Source: Lophium mytilinum (lineage: Eukaryota). From it: a stretch of 64,000 nt of DNA. Shown here piece by piece: positions 62,859-64,000 of this stretch. Below the pieces are notes generated by a model. It had not been told where the DNA came from, searched no databases, and saw only the letters and a list, made by a program, of their open reading frames with translations. The position numbers and the translations under genes are program-made. Location of the stretch: assembly GCA_010093605.1 (NCBI GenBank), contig MU004192.1:1631464-1695463 (forward strand), written 5' to 3'. The stretch's first letter is position 1; every line of letters begins with the position of its first letter.

Positions 62859-64000
62859 ATGGCGCTTCACACTATTCCAAACGAGCTTCTTCTAGAGTTC
62901 TCACGATGGCTTTCGGATCAACAGCTCAAGAACCTAGTTCAAACCCACCCGAATATACACATCTTTCTACAACCCGAATTGCACAAGCGTGCTATACGAG
63001 ATCGGTGCCAATGTGACCACGATTCCGCAGACTACCGAGGGGCATACGATCTAACCTGCGAGTATGAGCCGCCGTATGCACACACGTTCAAGCCAGCCCT
63101 GCATTGGGCAATAGCATGGGAGCGGCGTCGGCTTGTGGAGTATTTGGTCCGTCACAAGGTCGGTTGCAGAGTGGACGACGGACACTGGCCAGCCCTGGAC
63201 TGCCTAATCGACTCGATTGAACATCCAGCTTGCATGTCCGAAAACTACCCCACTGAGATTGTCATCTCGGTCTTGCAACACGCACAGCGGTTAGGCAAGA
63301 ACAGGAATATTTCGAAGAGCCAATTCACACGCTTGCTGGAAGACTGGTTGTGCCGCCACTGCCTATACCCACATTTTATAGGTTATTCCAGTTACATTCC
63401 GAAGCTTGAAGTCAAAGTTGTACGTCATTCTGAAGCTTGGCAAGGCATCGAACTATGATCGCTAATGTTCTGTAGGTGAAAATGTTGTTCCAGCTCGGAG
63501 TCCACCCGATGGATCCATCAAACTCAGGCGCGCATATGCCGTTCGCACCCCGGGTATCCACTACGTCTCCCATCCCTCACATGTTCAGAGTCCAGAACCC
63601 ACGGCTTCTGAGAATATTCATCAAGCATGGCGCGGATCTCAACTGGACCACGCCAGAAGGCGAAAACATTCTACACTTTGCCGTGAAAATGATGGACCAC
63701 GCCATGGTCAAGGCTCTTCTAGAGATGGGTATGGATGCAGATGTAGGAGGAAATAACAACCTTTTCAACCCACTGCATCGAGCGATCACAGGCGAGGACC
63801 ACGACAACTCTATTGAGAAACGGCGAATGATTGTGGAGCTGCTACTTGAGCACGGTGCCAACCCAAACATACCTTCACCGAGTAAGGAATTTGCGCTCCA
63901 CAAGATTCTAGCGAAATTCTACGGCGATAGCTACAAGGGGCTGAACCGGGATCATTTCGACGTCCTCGTGGCCCGATGCCAGCACATCAACGCACGCGAC
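62859..64000 (+). CDS. F-box-like + ankyrin-repeat protein, copy 3 (runs off the window); exons 62859-63419, 63476->64000
   Basis: MALHTIPNELLLEFSRWL..LKNLVQTH..FLQPELHKRA; intron 63420-63475 at the same position as copies 1 and 2; exon 2 VKMLFQLGVHPM...LLEMGMD...LLLEHGANPN. Confidence 0.85.

Noticed and set aside
25054..64000. Calling the accessory region a Starship element
   Set aside because: No DUF3435 tyrosine recombinase or element boundary is visible; cargo-like content alone is insufficient.

Overview
Fungal (filamentous ascomycete) genomic DNA with GT-AG introns and a RIP-mutated repeat block. 1-6.2 kb is core-like: convergent L-rhamnose catabolism genes (LRA2-like lactonase, LRA1-like dehydrogenase) and the ROK1 DEAD-box helicase. 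6.7-25.1 kb is an AT-rich nest of two RIP-destroyed Ty3/Gypsy LTR retrotransposons, one inside the other, with readable LTRs and TSDs; it appears to split a host ORF. 26.2-27.4 kb is a non-coding array of seven ~180-bp units with conserved motif blocks and variable spacers. 27.7-64 kb looks accessory: a BBE-type flavoprotein, an AIF/AMID-like oxidoreductase, a HeLo-like/NACHT/ankyrin NLR, a kinase-HAD-UPRTase fusion pseudogene, an atypical protein kinase, a nucleoside-hydrolase pseudogene, an Ecm13-like gene, a 7-exon RBR(no catalytic Cys)/C2H2/transmembrane fusion gene, three F-box-like/ankyrin paralogues, two membrane proteins and a secreted DUF985 cupin. The best candidate for an undescribed system is this NLR plus ubiquitin-adaptor plus nucleotide-enzyme neighbourhood (a possible fungal defence island), together with the motif array at its left edge. 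Exon models were built by eye and family calls rest on recognised motifs; no searches were run.
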